In this document: positions 39,212 through 46,979 of the stretch, piece after piece
Numbering within the stretch: the first letter of the stretch is position 1
Layout: each line of letters begins with the position of its first letter
Source of the DNA: a virus
Virus record (IMG/VR): IMGVR_UViG_3300035180_000343
Location: 65,322-129,321 of that record
Length of the DNA: 64,000 nucleotides
Strand: one strand, 5' to 3'
The notes under the pieces: generated by a model
Told to the model about the DNA's origin: nothing
The model's database searches: none
Seen by the model: only the letters and a program-made list of their open reading frames with translations
Program-made: the position numbers and the translations under genes

Positions 39212-39589
39212 TTAAACTTTGATCTCGCTGTATCCAGTTGCTGTCGAAAACACAATCCTTTTTATCTTCATTGCTTGAATGATCGGAAAACAGAGTTCAC
39301 ATGGCATAGCTAACCCAGTTCCACCTTTTTTCATCGACCTAGAGACAAACATAGTCGAACCATTCAACTCTTTAATTCTGCCACTTTTAATCAACTTCAT
39401 CACAGCATCCATCTCGGCATGAAGAGAACCCTCAAAGTGATTAGATTTTAGCCGACTCTTTCTAATTTGGTTATGACCAGTCGAAATAATTCGATCACCT
39501 TTAGTAATCACGCATCCGACATTAGCTCTGTCGAATGTAGACTTAAAGGATTCGATAGTCGCCTTTTCCATCAATCTTGTGTAGTTCAT
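39212..39589 (-). CDS. Zn-dependent nucleoside deaminase-like protein
   Basis: HAE...PCELC; start corrected to MNYTRL downstream of TTGACA-17-TATACT. Confidence 0.8.
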   Translation of the reverse strand: MNYTRLMEKATIESFKSTFDRANVGCVITKGDRIISTGHNQIRKSRLKSNHFEGSLHAEMDAVMKLIKSGRIKELNGSTMFVSRSMKKGGTGLAMPCELCFPIIQAMKIKRIVFSTATGYSEIKV

Positions 39590-39674
39590 GCTAAAAGTAT
39601 AATGGATTTGGTCTGAAATGTCAATAATTTTCTGTAGAAAAGAAAGGGATGTCGTTTGACATCCCCGAATATTT

Positions 39675-40000
39675 GATCCAGCCACTTCTGTTGCCAAGCA
39701 GGCTGGTCGCTCCGAGTCTTAAATCAGTCTGCAATTAAGCAGCCAGACGAACCTCATATGTTGCGTCGTTAGACGCTTCCACGTTTGCATTTACTTCATT
39801 TGCTTCTTCAACTATCACGGCTTCTGCGTTGCCGATTCTCCAGTTATCTTAATCATCGCCAATCGATTCCAATTCAGCCCCATCGGAAATACAGACAATT
39901 GCGTCTATACTTCTGATGAGGTTGGTGGAGCTGGAGAGACTCGAACTCTCTTCTTGTTCGACTTTCGATAACCTTCACCGAATTCTTTAAATCAATTTGG
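39675..40000 (-). ncRNA. ssrA: circularly permuted (two-piece) tmRNA
   Basis: T-arm plus CAGCTCCACCA (ends 39923) lies upstream of 5' GGGGCTG (39881); G3:U70; tag ORF ANVEASNDATYEVRLAA* 39788-39735. Confidence 0.9.
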
Positions 40001-40064
40001 GCCAAAATACATCAGAGGATTTGGCGAAAAACGTTTTAATTGACAACCACGTACCAAAAACATA

Positions 40065-40454
40065 TTACTTCTCCAGGTACTTTCTCCAAGGCTCGGGCAT
40101 GTTACAATTTGAACCACACCGCTTAAAGAGTGGAGCAATATCTTTGTCATCGAATCCTGCCAAGCCACAACCTACCCTTGTGACCCAGAATTGAATGTGA
40201 GGGTTAGCAAGGGATGCATTAACGAAGTCATTGATGTGACCTCGAACTTTGTCGAACGAAAGACTCCGAATGTTTTCGTCTTTTGTTGGAATTGCTAGAG
40301 ATTGTCCCACCAACCCTCGTCCAAGTCCACGCACGGCGCCGAATCGAAGTTGAGCTTCGAGTGCGGCACCTGCTCCGTGAATCCCGGCAAGGTTTGATCC
40401 GAACACGAAGATTTCTCCATTCTCTGGAGTTGTCATGTCTTTATGGTATTTCAT
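40065..40454 (-). CDS. conserved phage protein (FVFGSNLAGIHGAGAA family, Macro-like)
   Basis: motifs FVFGSN..G.HGAGAA, VTRVGCGLAG; start corrected. Confidence 0.75.
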   Translation of the reverse strand: MKYHKDMTTPENGEIFVFGSNLAGIHGAGAALEAQLRFGAVRGLGRGLVGQSLAIPTKDENIRSLSFDKVRGHINDFVNASLANPHIQFWVTRVGCGLAGFDDKDIAPLFKRCGSNCNMPEPWRKYLEK

Positions 40455-40581
40455 GATCCAGCCCCAATCAAAATTGTTCCGTTGATCTTCTCGAAAATCG
40501 TGATGACGACCAAAGCACACATCATCACACCACAAACAATCCCAATCACTCGATCTGTATTGATTTCCATTTTATTCTCCA

Positions 40582-40818
40582 TCAAAATTCGATTACTTCA
40601 TAATTGTCAATGCAGCCATCTTCGCGATCGTCGAATCTCTTAACATTAATGTCAACGGAAAACTTTTCGAATGTGTCTCCGATTTGTTCGAGCAGTTTGT
40701 TGTAGCAGAAATCTTCAGACATGAGAACTGCTTCACCTTCATCTTCGGCAAATGTGATAGCACTGCCACCAAAATTCGAACCGTAATCTGTGCTAAACTT
40801 CACTACATACGCGTTCAT
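40582..40818 (-). CDS. hypothetical protein
   Basis: ATG directly after the 40820 stop. Confidence 0.55.
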   Translation of the reverse strand: MNAYVVKFSTDYGSNFGGSAITFAEDEGEAVLMSEDFCYNKLLEQIGDTFEKFSVDINVKRFDDREDGCIDNYEVIEF

Positions 40819-40819
40819 T

Positions 40820-41188
40820 TTATTTCCCCTGAGCATTGCCAAGCATCCATGTATTGCCGAACACCTCGATATTGTCACCCACTTGGGCGATACCGCCGAC
40901 ATAGGCATTATCGCCCACCAGCGCATTGTCAAACACTGATGCATCGCCTCCCACCCATGCATCGCCTCCCACCCATGCATTGTCGAACACGTGTGCATTG
41001 CCACCAACCAACGCGTTACCACTAACCCACGCATTGTCACCAACCCATGCGTTCCCTTTTTGGGACAAATTTGCTTCGGACGCAATCCAGCCGCCAAGAT
41101 CACCAGCCTTTACATTGCCGAAATCTTTAAGTGCTCTAATTTGGAACAGACCACAGTCGTTCTTGATATCCGTCAATTCATATTTCAT
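40820..41188 (-). CDS. hexapeptide-repeat protein, paralog of 29681..30079
   Basis: near-identical N-terminus MKYELTDIKND...; VGGDA repeats incl. 18-bp duplication. Confidence 0.8.
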   Translation of the reverse strand: MKYELTDIKNDCGLFQIRALKDFGNVKAGDLGGWIASEANLSQKGNAWVGDNAWVSGNALVGGNAHVFDNAWVGGDAWVGGDASVFDNALVGDNAYVGGIAQVGDNIEVFGNTWMLGNAQGK

Positions 41189-41225
41189 TTTCGTTTCTCC
41201 TTCACTGTTTATACACTATGAACAA

Positions 41226-41254
41226 ATTATATAAGAAGTCCGAAAGAATGTCAA
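41226..41254 (-). promoter_or_regulatory. repeated sigma70 early promoter copy 5
   Basis: TTGACA-17-TATAAT; 12-bp stem-loop cccaccctagaa/ttctagggtggg just upstream. Confidence 0.85.
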
Positions 41255-41322
41255 GAACTTTTTGATAGCCCACCCTAGAATTTTCAAATAATTCTAATTT
41301 TTCTAGGGTGGGTTGATAAGGA

Positions 41323-41718
41323 TTAAAGCGTTGTTCGTTCTAAAGAATGTTCGATGAAGTCGAGCGCGTTCTCTATTGCGACAAGTTGATGTCGAAGTTC
41401 AGAAAACAGTGGAGGATATTCTTCTGGGAGAATGTGATCTTTCTCTTTAAATGGTGGAATGTTAGATGCCATTACTGGATACAACTTTACGTTCACCGAT
41501 TCTGCAAGGCGTTCTGCTCTTTGAACTATATGTTTTGCTAATGCTACTACATCTGTTGCCACTGATGAGTGTTCAACTGTCTCGAGACTCTCTTGATGAT
41601 TGCGGAAAGTCGTATTAATTTTCTGATTCATTCTATTTTCTCCTTTACTTGTTTTCATCATTATTACACAACGATATACCAGTCTTCTGAAAGCATATCT
41701 GTCTGACTGGCAAGCCAA
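41323..41718 (-). CDS. hypothetical protein (start probably MNQKINT)
   Basis: ORF. Confidence 0.5.
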   Translation of the reverse strand: MACQSDRYAFRRLVYRCVIMMKTSKGENRMNQKINTTFRNHQESLETVEHSSVATDVVALAKHIVQRAERLAESVNVKLYPVMASNIPPFKEKDHILPEEYPPLFSELRHQLVAIENALDFIEHSLERTTL

Positions 41719-41951
41719 CCTGGCAGCATCGCCTGGCGCCCATTCGAGTCAACAGTCCACATATCAATATGCGGCAGAATTTCACAACTATCTGTTTGTA
41801 AGGCATCGTGGTATGGGGTTCCTTCTTTCAACCTCGCATCCTTCGTTCCTGGAACAAGAATAAGCCACATGCCCTTTCCGTTCCATCCGACGCGAGAAAC
41901 TTTCTCGCCGGATTTAAGTGCTTCAATGGCTTCGCCAAAGTTCATATTCAT
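41664..41951 (-). CDS. tad2: DUF2829 / Tad2-like nucleotide-signal sponge
   Basis: MNFGEAIEALKSGEKVSRVGWNGKGMWL...WLASQTDMLSEDW. Confidence 0.75.
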   Translation of the reverse strand: MNMNFGEAIEALKSGEKVSRVGWNGKGMWLILVPGTKDARLKEGTPYHDALQTDSCEILPHIDMWTVDSNGRQAMLPGWLASQTDMLSEDWYIVV

Positions 41952-42007
41952 TTCCTTTACGGTATGTTCCCTGAGTGGGCAGGGGGCTAACCCATTTTGT
42001 AAATTCA

Positions 42008-43081
42008 TTACGACCTTCTAAGGTACTTGAGCCAAATACGTTCAGATTGATTAACAAAACTTTTCAAGTAGAATCGTTCGACTGTAACATTTACTGGTTT
42101 CATCGCCCAAACAATCCTCATTTTACACGAGATATCATCGGAATCGTTAGGAGATGCATTGAACATTGGCGCGGCCCATTTAACCTCATTCCCAGTTACA
42201 ATTGGCACGCCAGCAGTAACCATATCAGCGGCAATGATGTTGAAGGTCTCACTGAAGTTCACTTGCAACCCGATGTCAATTTTAGAAGAAATCAATTTCA
42301 TAAACTGTTCATGTGGCATCCATGGATGCTCAATAAGTTTGTGACCATTAACACTAAGTCTAACAAAAAGTTCTCGAAGATTCTTTAGAATTGGATCTCC
42401 GTTGCCTTCTACTCGATTGCCATTGATATGGAAATGTAACTTTTTACCAATACGCCGTGCAAACTTTAAAGCAGCCACTGCTTGTAGTAGTTGATTCTTC
42501 AATGGACGAACAGCACCGAAACATCCAACCGAAACATAGTCTTTAGAAGAATCATATTTCTTTATTGGAAGAGGGGAACTAATGTCATAGTAATTGGGGA
42601 GGAATACAACCTTTTCTTTCACTTTATGGGACGGCCATCCAAAATGATGACCAATCAAGAACTCAAGCTCTTCTTGTATGACATCCGAGTTCCCCGAAAC
42701 CGAAACATTAGGATGCTCAACAAATCGGAATAACCAATTCATTGCAATTCCTTCGGTTGCTACGAATGGAACTTCCGAGTGAAACCTAATGATCCATTTT
42801 ACATTGGGGTGCAGTTTTGTCAGCACTTCGAATTTCTCTGGCACTACCCAAAGAGCTTCAATTATTACATGAGTTGGGCGAAATTCTGTTACAACTTTAT
42901 CAATTGAATTATTATCCTCTACCACGGCAAGCTCAGAGCATATACCATTTTTTAATAGCATATCTTTTACAAACCGAGCCGAGTTTAGTAGACCCGTTGA
43001 GACTCCCGAATGTGAATAGGATTCATGTTGGCTGTAATCTTCACGACGTTTGCAAATAAATAAAACTCTTTTACTTTTCAT
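42008..43081 (-). CDS. GT-B glycosyltransferase-like protein
   Basis: CFGAVRPLKNQL, FSETFNIIAADMVTAGVP (EX7E-like). Confidence 0.75.
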   Translation of the reverse strand: MKSKRVLFICKRREDYSQHESYSHSGVSTGLLNSARFVKDMLLKNGICSELAVVEDNNSIDKVVTEFRPTHVIIEALWVVPEKFEVLTKLHPNVKWIIRFHSEVPFVATEGIAMNWLFRFVEHPNVSVSGNSDVIQEELEFLIGHHFGWPSHKVKEKVVFLPNYYDISSPLPIKKYDSSKDYVSVGCFGAVRPLKNQLLQAVAALKFARRIGKKLHFHINGNRVEGNGDPILKNLRELFVRLSVNGHKLIEHPWMPHEQFMKLISSKIDIGLQVNFSETFNIIAADMVTAGVPIVTGNEVKWAAPMFNASPNDSDDISCKMRIVWAMKPVNVTVERFYLKSFVNQSERIWLKYLRRS

Positions 43082-43107
43082 CTTGTGTTCTCCATCGAAC
43101 CATTTTA

Positions 43108-43393
43108 GTCAACTACCACGCCCTAAAGGACGTAGCTTGCCCACTCCCATGACCAACCAACACATCAGCATTGGATCTCTCGATTTTACTAGTCATTTTC
43201 TGTAGGGCCGATGGGATTTCTAGTCCCAAGTCGCCTGTTGCTTGCGACTATACTACTTCTAGTTACTTTGACAAAATCATTTCACTAGGTAAAATGTAAT
43301 AATTTGGTTCTCGTCATTACATGGTTATTTATACAAATTAAAAGCACGCCTTATATCCCTGGCCTGAAGGCCAAGGTTTTACGGCACCATCTG
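43108..43393 (-). mobile_element. 286-bp non-autonomous tnpB-IS derivative: left end plus omegaRNA scaffold
   Basis: TTAT|CAGATGG left end; 142-nt scaffold 43249-43108 ending GTAGTTGAC; tnpB deleted. Confidence 0.9.
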
Positions 43394-43428
43394 ATAAGCA
43401 GGTTCATCGAGAACCCTTCGATATTTAT

Positions 43429-43458
43429 CAGATGGCGTCATAAAACCTTAGCCTTTAG
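43429..43458 (+). mobile_element. isolated IS left-end remnant
   Basis: TTTAT|CAGATGGCGTCATAAAACCTTAGCCTTTAG. Confidence 0.75.
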
Positions 43459-43777
43459 ATATGGCAGTTGGATTTTCAAAACAAATTTCAACGAGATGTT
43501 CTAATGTATTGATAAAATACTCGCCTTCGCCAATATACACATTAGGACTTTCTGTTTCTTGTTTGTTTCGATCATATATAAACCACATCAGCCAATCGAA
43601 ATTATTAGCGCCAATAACTTCTTTTAACAGATTATCCCTGTTATTCCAAAACGAATCTGGAACCAAGGTCAAAATGCTATTATCTTCTCCGAATGCTTCA
43701 CTAATTTTGTCGACGCGTTGGTTATAATCTTCAGTAGCCTGGACGTATTCTTTTACGATTTCCAAGAAGTTAGCCAT
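43448..43777 (-). CDS. hypothetical protein
   Basis: ORF; stop codon lies in the left-end remnant. Confidence 0.6.
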   Translation of the reverse strand: MANFLEIVKEYVQATEDYNQRVDKISEAFGEDNSILTLVPDSFWNNRDNLLKEVIGANNFDWLMWFIYDRNKQETESPNVYIGEGEYFINTLEHLVEICFENPTAISKG

Positions 43778-43993
43778 TACATCATCCTTTGATAAGTTAG
43801 TAGTTTTCTTTTGTAATACGATATTCCGAACCTTTATATTCTTCTTTCTTTTCTTTCAACAACTTATTAGCTTCTTCGACTGTTAGGCACTGTTTATTGA
43901 AGAGAGTTTTGTATCCCTCTGCTACGATGACGTGCCATGTCTTCATATTGTGAGATGTTGCCATTTTAGTTCTCCTATTTACTTCTATCTAGA

Positions 43994-44069
43994 AGGAGTC
44001 TAGGTGGATTCGAACCACCGACCTCGCGTTTATCAGATCGCGCGCTCTAACCACCGAGCTTCAGACTCC
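43994..44069 (-). tRNA. tRNA-Ile(GAT)
   Basis: GGAGTCT/AGACTCC acceptor, CT-GAT-AA loop, GGTTCGAATCC; one extra base in anticodon stem; no encoded CCA. Confidence 0.85.
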
Positions 44070-44076
44070 TAAATTT

Positions 44077-44153
44077 TGGTGGGCCCGCACGGACTTGAAC
44101 CGTGGACCAAAGGATTATGAGTCCTCTGCTCTAACCAACTGAGCTACAGGCCC
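44077..44153 (-). tRNA. tRNA-Ile2(CAT)
   Basis: GGGCCTG..., GAGGA-CTCATAA-TCCTT, CCA encoded; IleX-like. Confidence 0.9.
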
Positions 44154-44160
44154 TAAATTT

Positions 44161-44350
44161 TGGCGGGCTATGGCCTCAAACCCCGGCCCGTCGAATAAAA
44201 GAGTGTAGGTCAGGTCGCTATATCGTTCGGTGTGTTCCCAACCGGATAACGGATCGAAATCCCCGATTTCTACCAGCTACATACTATGCGGCTGGCTACC
44301 CCGAACAAACGTCTTATATCGACGAATACCCCTCACTGCTACACTTAAAA
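44161..44350 (-). ncRNA. unknown structured RNA ending in CCA
   Basis: nested long-range stems between two tRNAs; no ORF. Confidence 0.6.
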
Positions 44351-44356
44351 CTTCAT

Positions 44357-44439
44357 TGCACGGCCGAGTGGACTCGAACCACCATACTCCAGTTACTCGG
44401 TTAACGTCCGCTTAGAAGGCGGATGAGATACGGCCGTGC
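44357..44439 (-). tRNA. non-canonical tRNA-like RNA with TCT (Arg) anticodon
   Basis: 9-bp acceptor, TCCGC-CTTCTAA-GCGGA, T-arm GGTGG-TTCGAGT-CCACT; no D-arm. Confidence 0.7.
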
Positions 44440-44533
44440 ATTAAAGTTTCATCAACTAACTTTTTGATGTTTCTTTAACATCACAAACAAATTTTAACTT
44501 CTTTTTGTCGCGATGTCAAGAACTTTTACGAAA

Positions 44534-44836
44534 TCACGCTTCTTCGAACAGTTCGTTAAATGTATCGGCGGTATATACGAAAAAGTTTCCATGCGCGTCT
44601 CGAACAACCCAATCACCTGGCTCGGCAATGTAGTATCCATCAAATGTCGGAATGAGGAGAACTTCATTGACCCATCTGGCATATCTTTTACTGTTAAATT
44701 TTGAATCAGCGAACAACCTCGAGTTAATCCAGTCTAACACCAAATAACTATCTGCGTCGTTGAGAAACTGTTGTGCCTCAATGAACTCCGGTTTTTTCCT
44801 AAATATTTTAACATTCACTGACATTTTAATCTCCAA
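44534..44836 (-). CDS. paralog of 5980..6249 family
   Basis: RKKPEFIEA...PGDWVV. Confidence 0.65.
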   Translation of the reverse strand: MEIKMSVNVKIFRKKPEFIEAQQFLNDADSYLVLDWINSRLFADSKFNSKRYARWVNEVLLIPTFDGYYIAEPGDWVVRDAHGNFFVYTADTFNELFEEA

Positions 44837-45045
44837 ATTTACTTCACTTCAAGAAATCGAACCTTGAATCCAGAATCTTGCATTTCATTAGCAAACTTCA
44901 ACGCCGATTCCTCAGATTTAAATGCACGAAAATCAACCATAACCGAATCCACAAACACTATAACTTTAAACATCTTGTTCTCCTTCACTGTTTAACCACA
45001 CTATGAACAAATTGTTAGAATTCCGAGCTGAAGCTCGGAATAAAA

Positions 45046-45348
45046 TTAGATGTAAACTAAACCGGATACGAGGACATACCCGAAATATGGATCAAAATAG
45101 GAAATGATAAAAGCAAAAGAACGATCGTTGGGGGAGGGAACCCAGGCCCGAACCTCATAGGTAGACTTCTCAATGAGGTTGGGGTCTTCGCCAGCAGTAG
45201 AAGCCATCCAACGTTCAAACGCCAGAGCAACAGACTCTCCAGTGATTTTGGGAGCTTCAAAATCGAACGTGCCAGACTCGCCGGTACCAGAATCAGTAAA
45301 AACAACACGAGCGTTAATCATGATATTCTCCTTTTCTTTTGTTTGCAT
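45046..45348 (-). CDS. early hypothetical protein
   Basis: downstream of promoter copy 6. Confidence 0.6.
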   Translation of the reverse strand: MQTKEKENIMINARVVFTDSGTGESGTFDFEAPKITGESVALAFERWMASTAGEDPNLIEKSTYEVRAWVPSPNDRSFAFIISYFDPYFGYVLVSGLVYI

Positions 45349-45387
45349 CGTATTTCCTTCGTCGCGGTTTAACTACACTATGAACAA

Positions 45388-45416
45388 ATTATATAAGAAG
45401 TCCAAAAGAATGTCAA
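45388..45416 (-). promoter_or_regulatory. repeated sigma70 early promoter copy 6
   Basis: TTGACA-17-TATAAT. Confidence 0.85.
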
Positions 45417-45628
45417 GAACTTTTTAACAAATCGGACAAAATTCTTTGAATAGTCAACAATTCTTCAATTGCCTTTTTGTTAAACCCGTTCCGATTAGGT
45501 CGATCGGCAATGACCAACGAGTTCAAATATTGGTCACAGAGATCAGACGGCCAAAGCAACTTTAATGCCTCGATTACATGAGGATATTTCTTTTCCAATT
45601 CACTACACATTTTAATCCTGACAATCAA
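45413..45628 (-). CDS. hypothetical protein
   Basis: YPHV...LW...YLNSL...DRPNRNGF pattern. Confidence 0.6.
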   Translation of the reverse strand: MIVRIKMCSELEKKYPHVIEALKLLWPSDLCDQYLNSLVIADRPNRNGFNKKAIEELLTIQRILSDLLKSS

Positions 45629-45831
45629 AACAATTTTAGGTTTTCTCGGATGACATCAATTTCGGCATATTTGTTGAACACTCCGAGGAATTCGTTAGGA
45701 TAGTCGTTGACCATCAAATTGAACTTCAATGTTTCGGACGTTGGAAAAGATGATACAACCCCATTGACCTTGAATACTGCAATGTTCCCAAATTGCGTCT
45801 TTTTAACGATATCGTGCACAGTTTCGCTCAT
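45625..45831 (-). CDS. hypothetical protein
   Basis: ORF with RBS. Confidence 0.55.
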   Translation of the reverse strand: MSETVHDIVKKTQFGNIAVFKVNGVVSSFPTSETLKFNLMVNDYPNEFLGVFNKYAEIDVIRENLKLF

Positions 45832-45858
45832 TTTGCTTCTCCTCTTTGTTTAAAATAG

Positions 45859-46149
45859 TTACCGCCACCCTATCTGCCGCATGATTTTGACGTCACATCG
45901 ACAAACTGGATCATATACCCATTCTTCACGATACACAGGAATTGGTTCTCGGTATTGAGGCTCATAGTAGATTGTTTGTGGTGGCTGTTGATACTGTGGA
46001 GGTTGAACTGAACGAGATTGGTTCAAGTCGTACCCGAGAATTCCACCGATAATAGCGGGCGCAACCCAACCGCCGTGACCGAACCCATGCTCAGCGTGAG
46101 CAGTAAACGATATAGCCATTAAGGCAGCAGCAATCAATGTAGATTTCAT
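45859..46149 (-). CDS. small secreted/membrane protein
   Basis: signal peptide, glycine zipper GGILG, Q/P-rich. Confidence 0.7.
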   Translation of the reverse strand: MKSTLIAAALMAISFTAHAEHGFGHGGWVAPAIIGGILGYDLNQSRSVQPPQYQQPPQTIYYEPQYREPIPVYREEWVYDPVCRCDVKIMRQIGWR

Positions 46150-46159
46150 TTTTGTTCTC

Positions 46160-46354
46160 CTATGCAGTTTGTGGATCCATCGCGAACGGCACTTCTGTTC
46201 GCGGAACCTGAATTAGTATCGTCTTTGCAGTCGGAAGGTGCTCCGTCACGACACCTTTGATCTCTTCCATGCTACAATCCCCGATGTGGATGAGATGTTT
46301 AGTTCCGTCTGCTAAACGACACGCACATACATACTTTACTTCGTCGTTTCCCAT
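46160..46354 (-). CDS. hypothetical protein
   Basis: ORF. Confidence 0.5.
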   Translation of the reverse strand: MGNDEVKYVCACRLADGTKHLIHIGDCSMEEIKGVVTEHLPTAKTILIQVPRTEVPFAMDPQTA

Positions 46355-46977
46355 TTTGATTTTTCCTCGAGGAAGTCGTCTTTCGAATATGTTCCAGTCA
46401 TTTCAAGTGGAACACCTGTCTTAATGCTTTCTTTCAATTTCAAAGCAAATTCAGTGATTTCCTGTTCGTTACGAAGTTCAACTGGATAACAAAGGTCAAT
46501 ACCTTTTCCATAGTTAAGCCATTCTGTTTTAATTGAAGGATGAACTACGATATCAGACGTTGTCTTATATCTTTCATTCGCCTTCTTGAACTCATCATAC
46601 CACAATTTACGTTGAGACCTAGAATCATTTTGAGAGATTTTATATCCAATGACCTTCTTACGACTCTTTCCCTGCTTCTTCCAAATTGGGGTATCTTTAG
46701 ATAACCAGTCCGAAGCCAATCCAGAATTAGGATATAGATGTTGAACTTCATTATGTGCAAGGTCTTCACATTTATCCAAATATCTCATTCGAGGATGAAC
46801 CCACCAAACAACATGGTAGATTCCATTGATAAAAAACCCGAAGTCATCCCACCAAGAATAGTTCTTTTGTTCGTCATAACAATGATAAATGACGACCCCG
46901 TCTTTGTTTGGGATACGATGCTTTGCTCCTTGGACATTCCATCTTGACCGAAGCAATTCCATATGTTTATTCTTCAA
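46336..46977 (-). CDS. hypothetical protein
   Basis: WWDDFGF...WWVHPRM. Confidence 0.65.
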   Translation of the reverse strand: MKNKHMELLRSRWNVQGAKHRIPNKDGVVIYHCYDEQKNYSWWDDFGFFINGIYHVVWWVHPRMRYLDKCEDLAHNEVQHLYPNSGLASDWLSKDTPIWKKQGKSRKKVIGYKISQNDSRSQRKLWYDEFKKANERYKTTSDIVVHPSIKTEWLNYGKGIDLCYPVELRNEQEITEFALKLKESIKTGVPLEMTGTYSKDDFLEEKSKWETTK

Positions 46978-46979
46978 TT

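Noticed and set aside
39590-39697. N-terminal extension of the deaminase ORF
   Set aside because: Covers the promoter and tmRNA 3' region; the ATG at 39589 fits better
40582-41103. 173-aa ORF from the track
   Set aside because: The 5' part is an alternate frame of the hexapeptide gene; the real gene starts at 40818
29681-41188. Diversity-generating retroelement TR/VR pair
   Set aside because: No reverse transcriptase; differences are not adenine-specific
44077-44153. tRNA-Met(CAT)
   Set aside because: Sequence matches the Ile2 (lysidine) type and lacks initiator GGG/CCC anticodon-stem pairs
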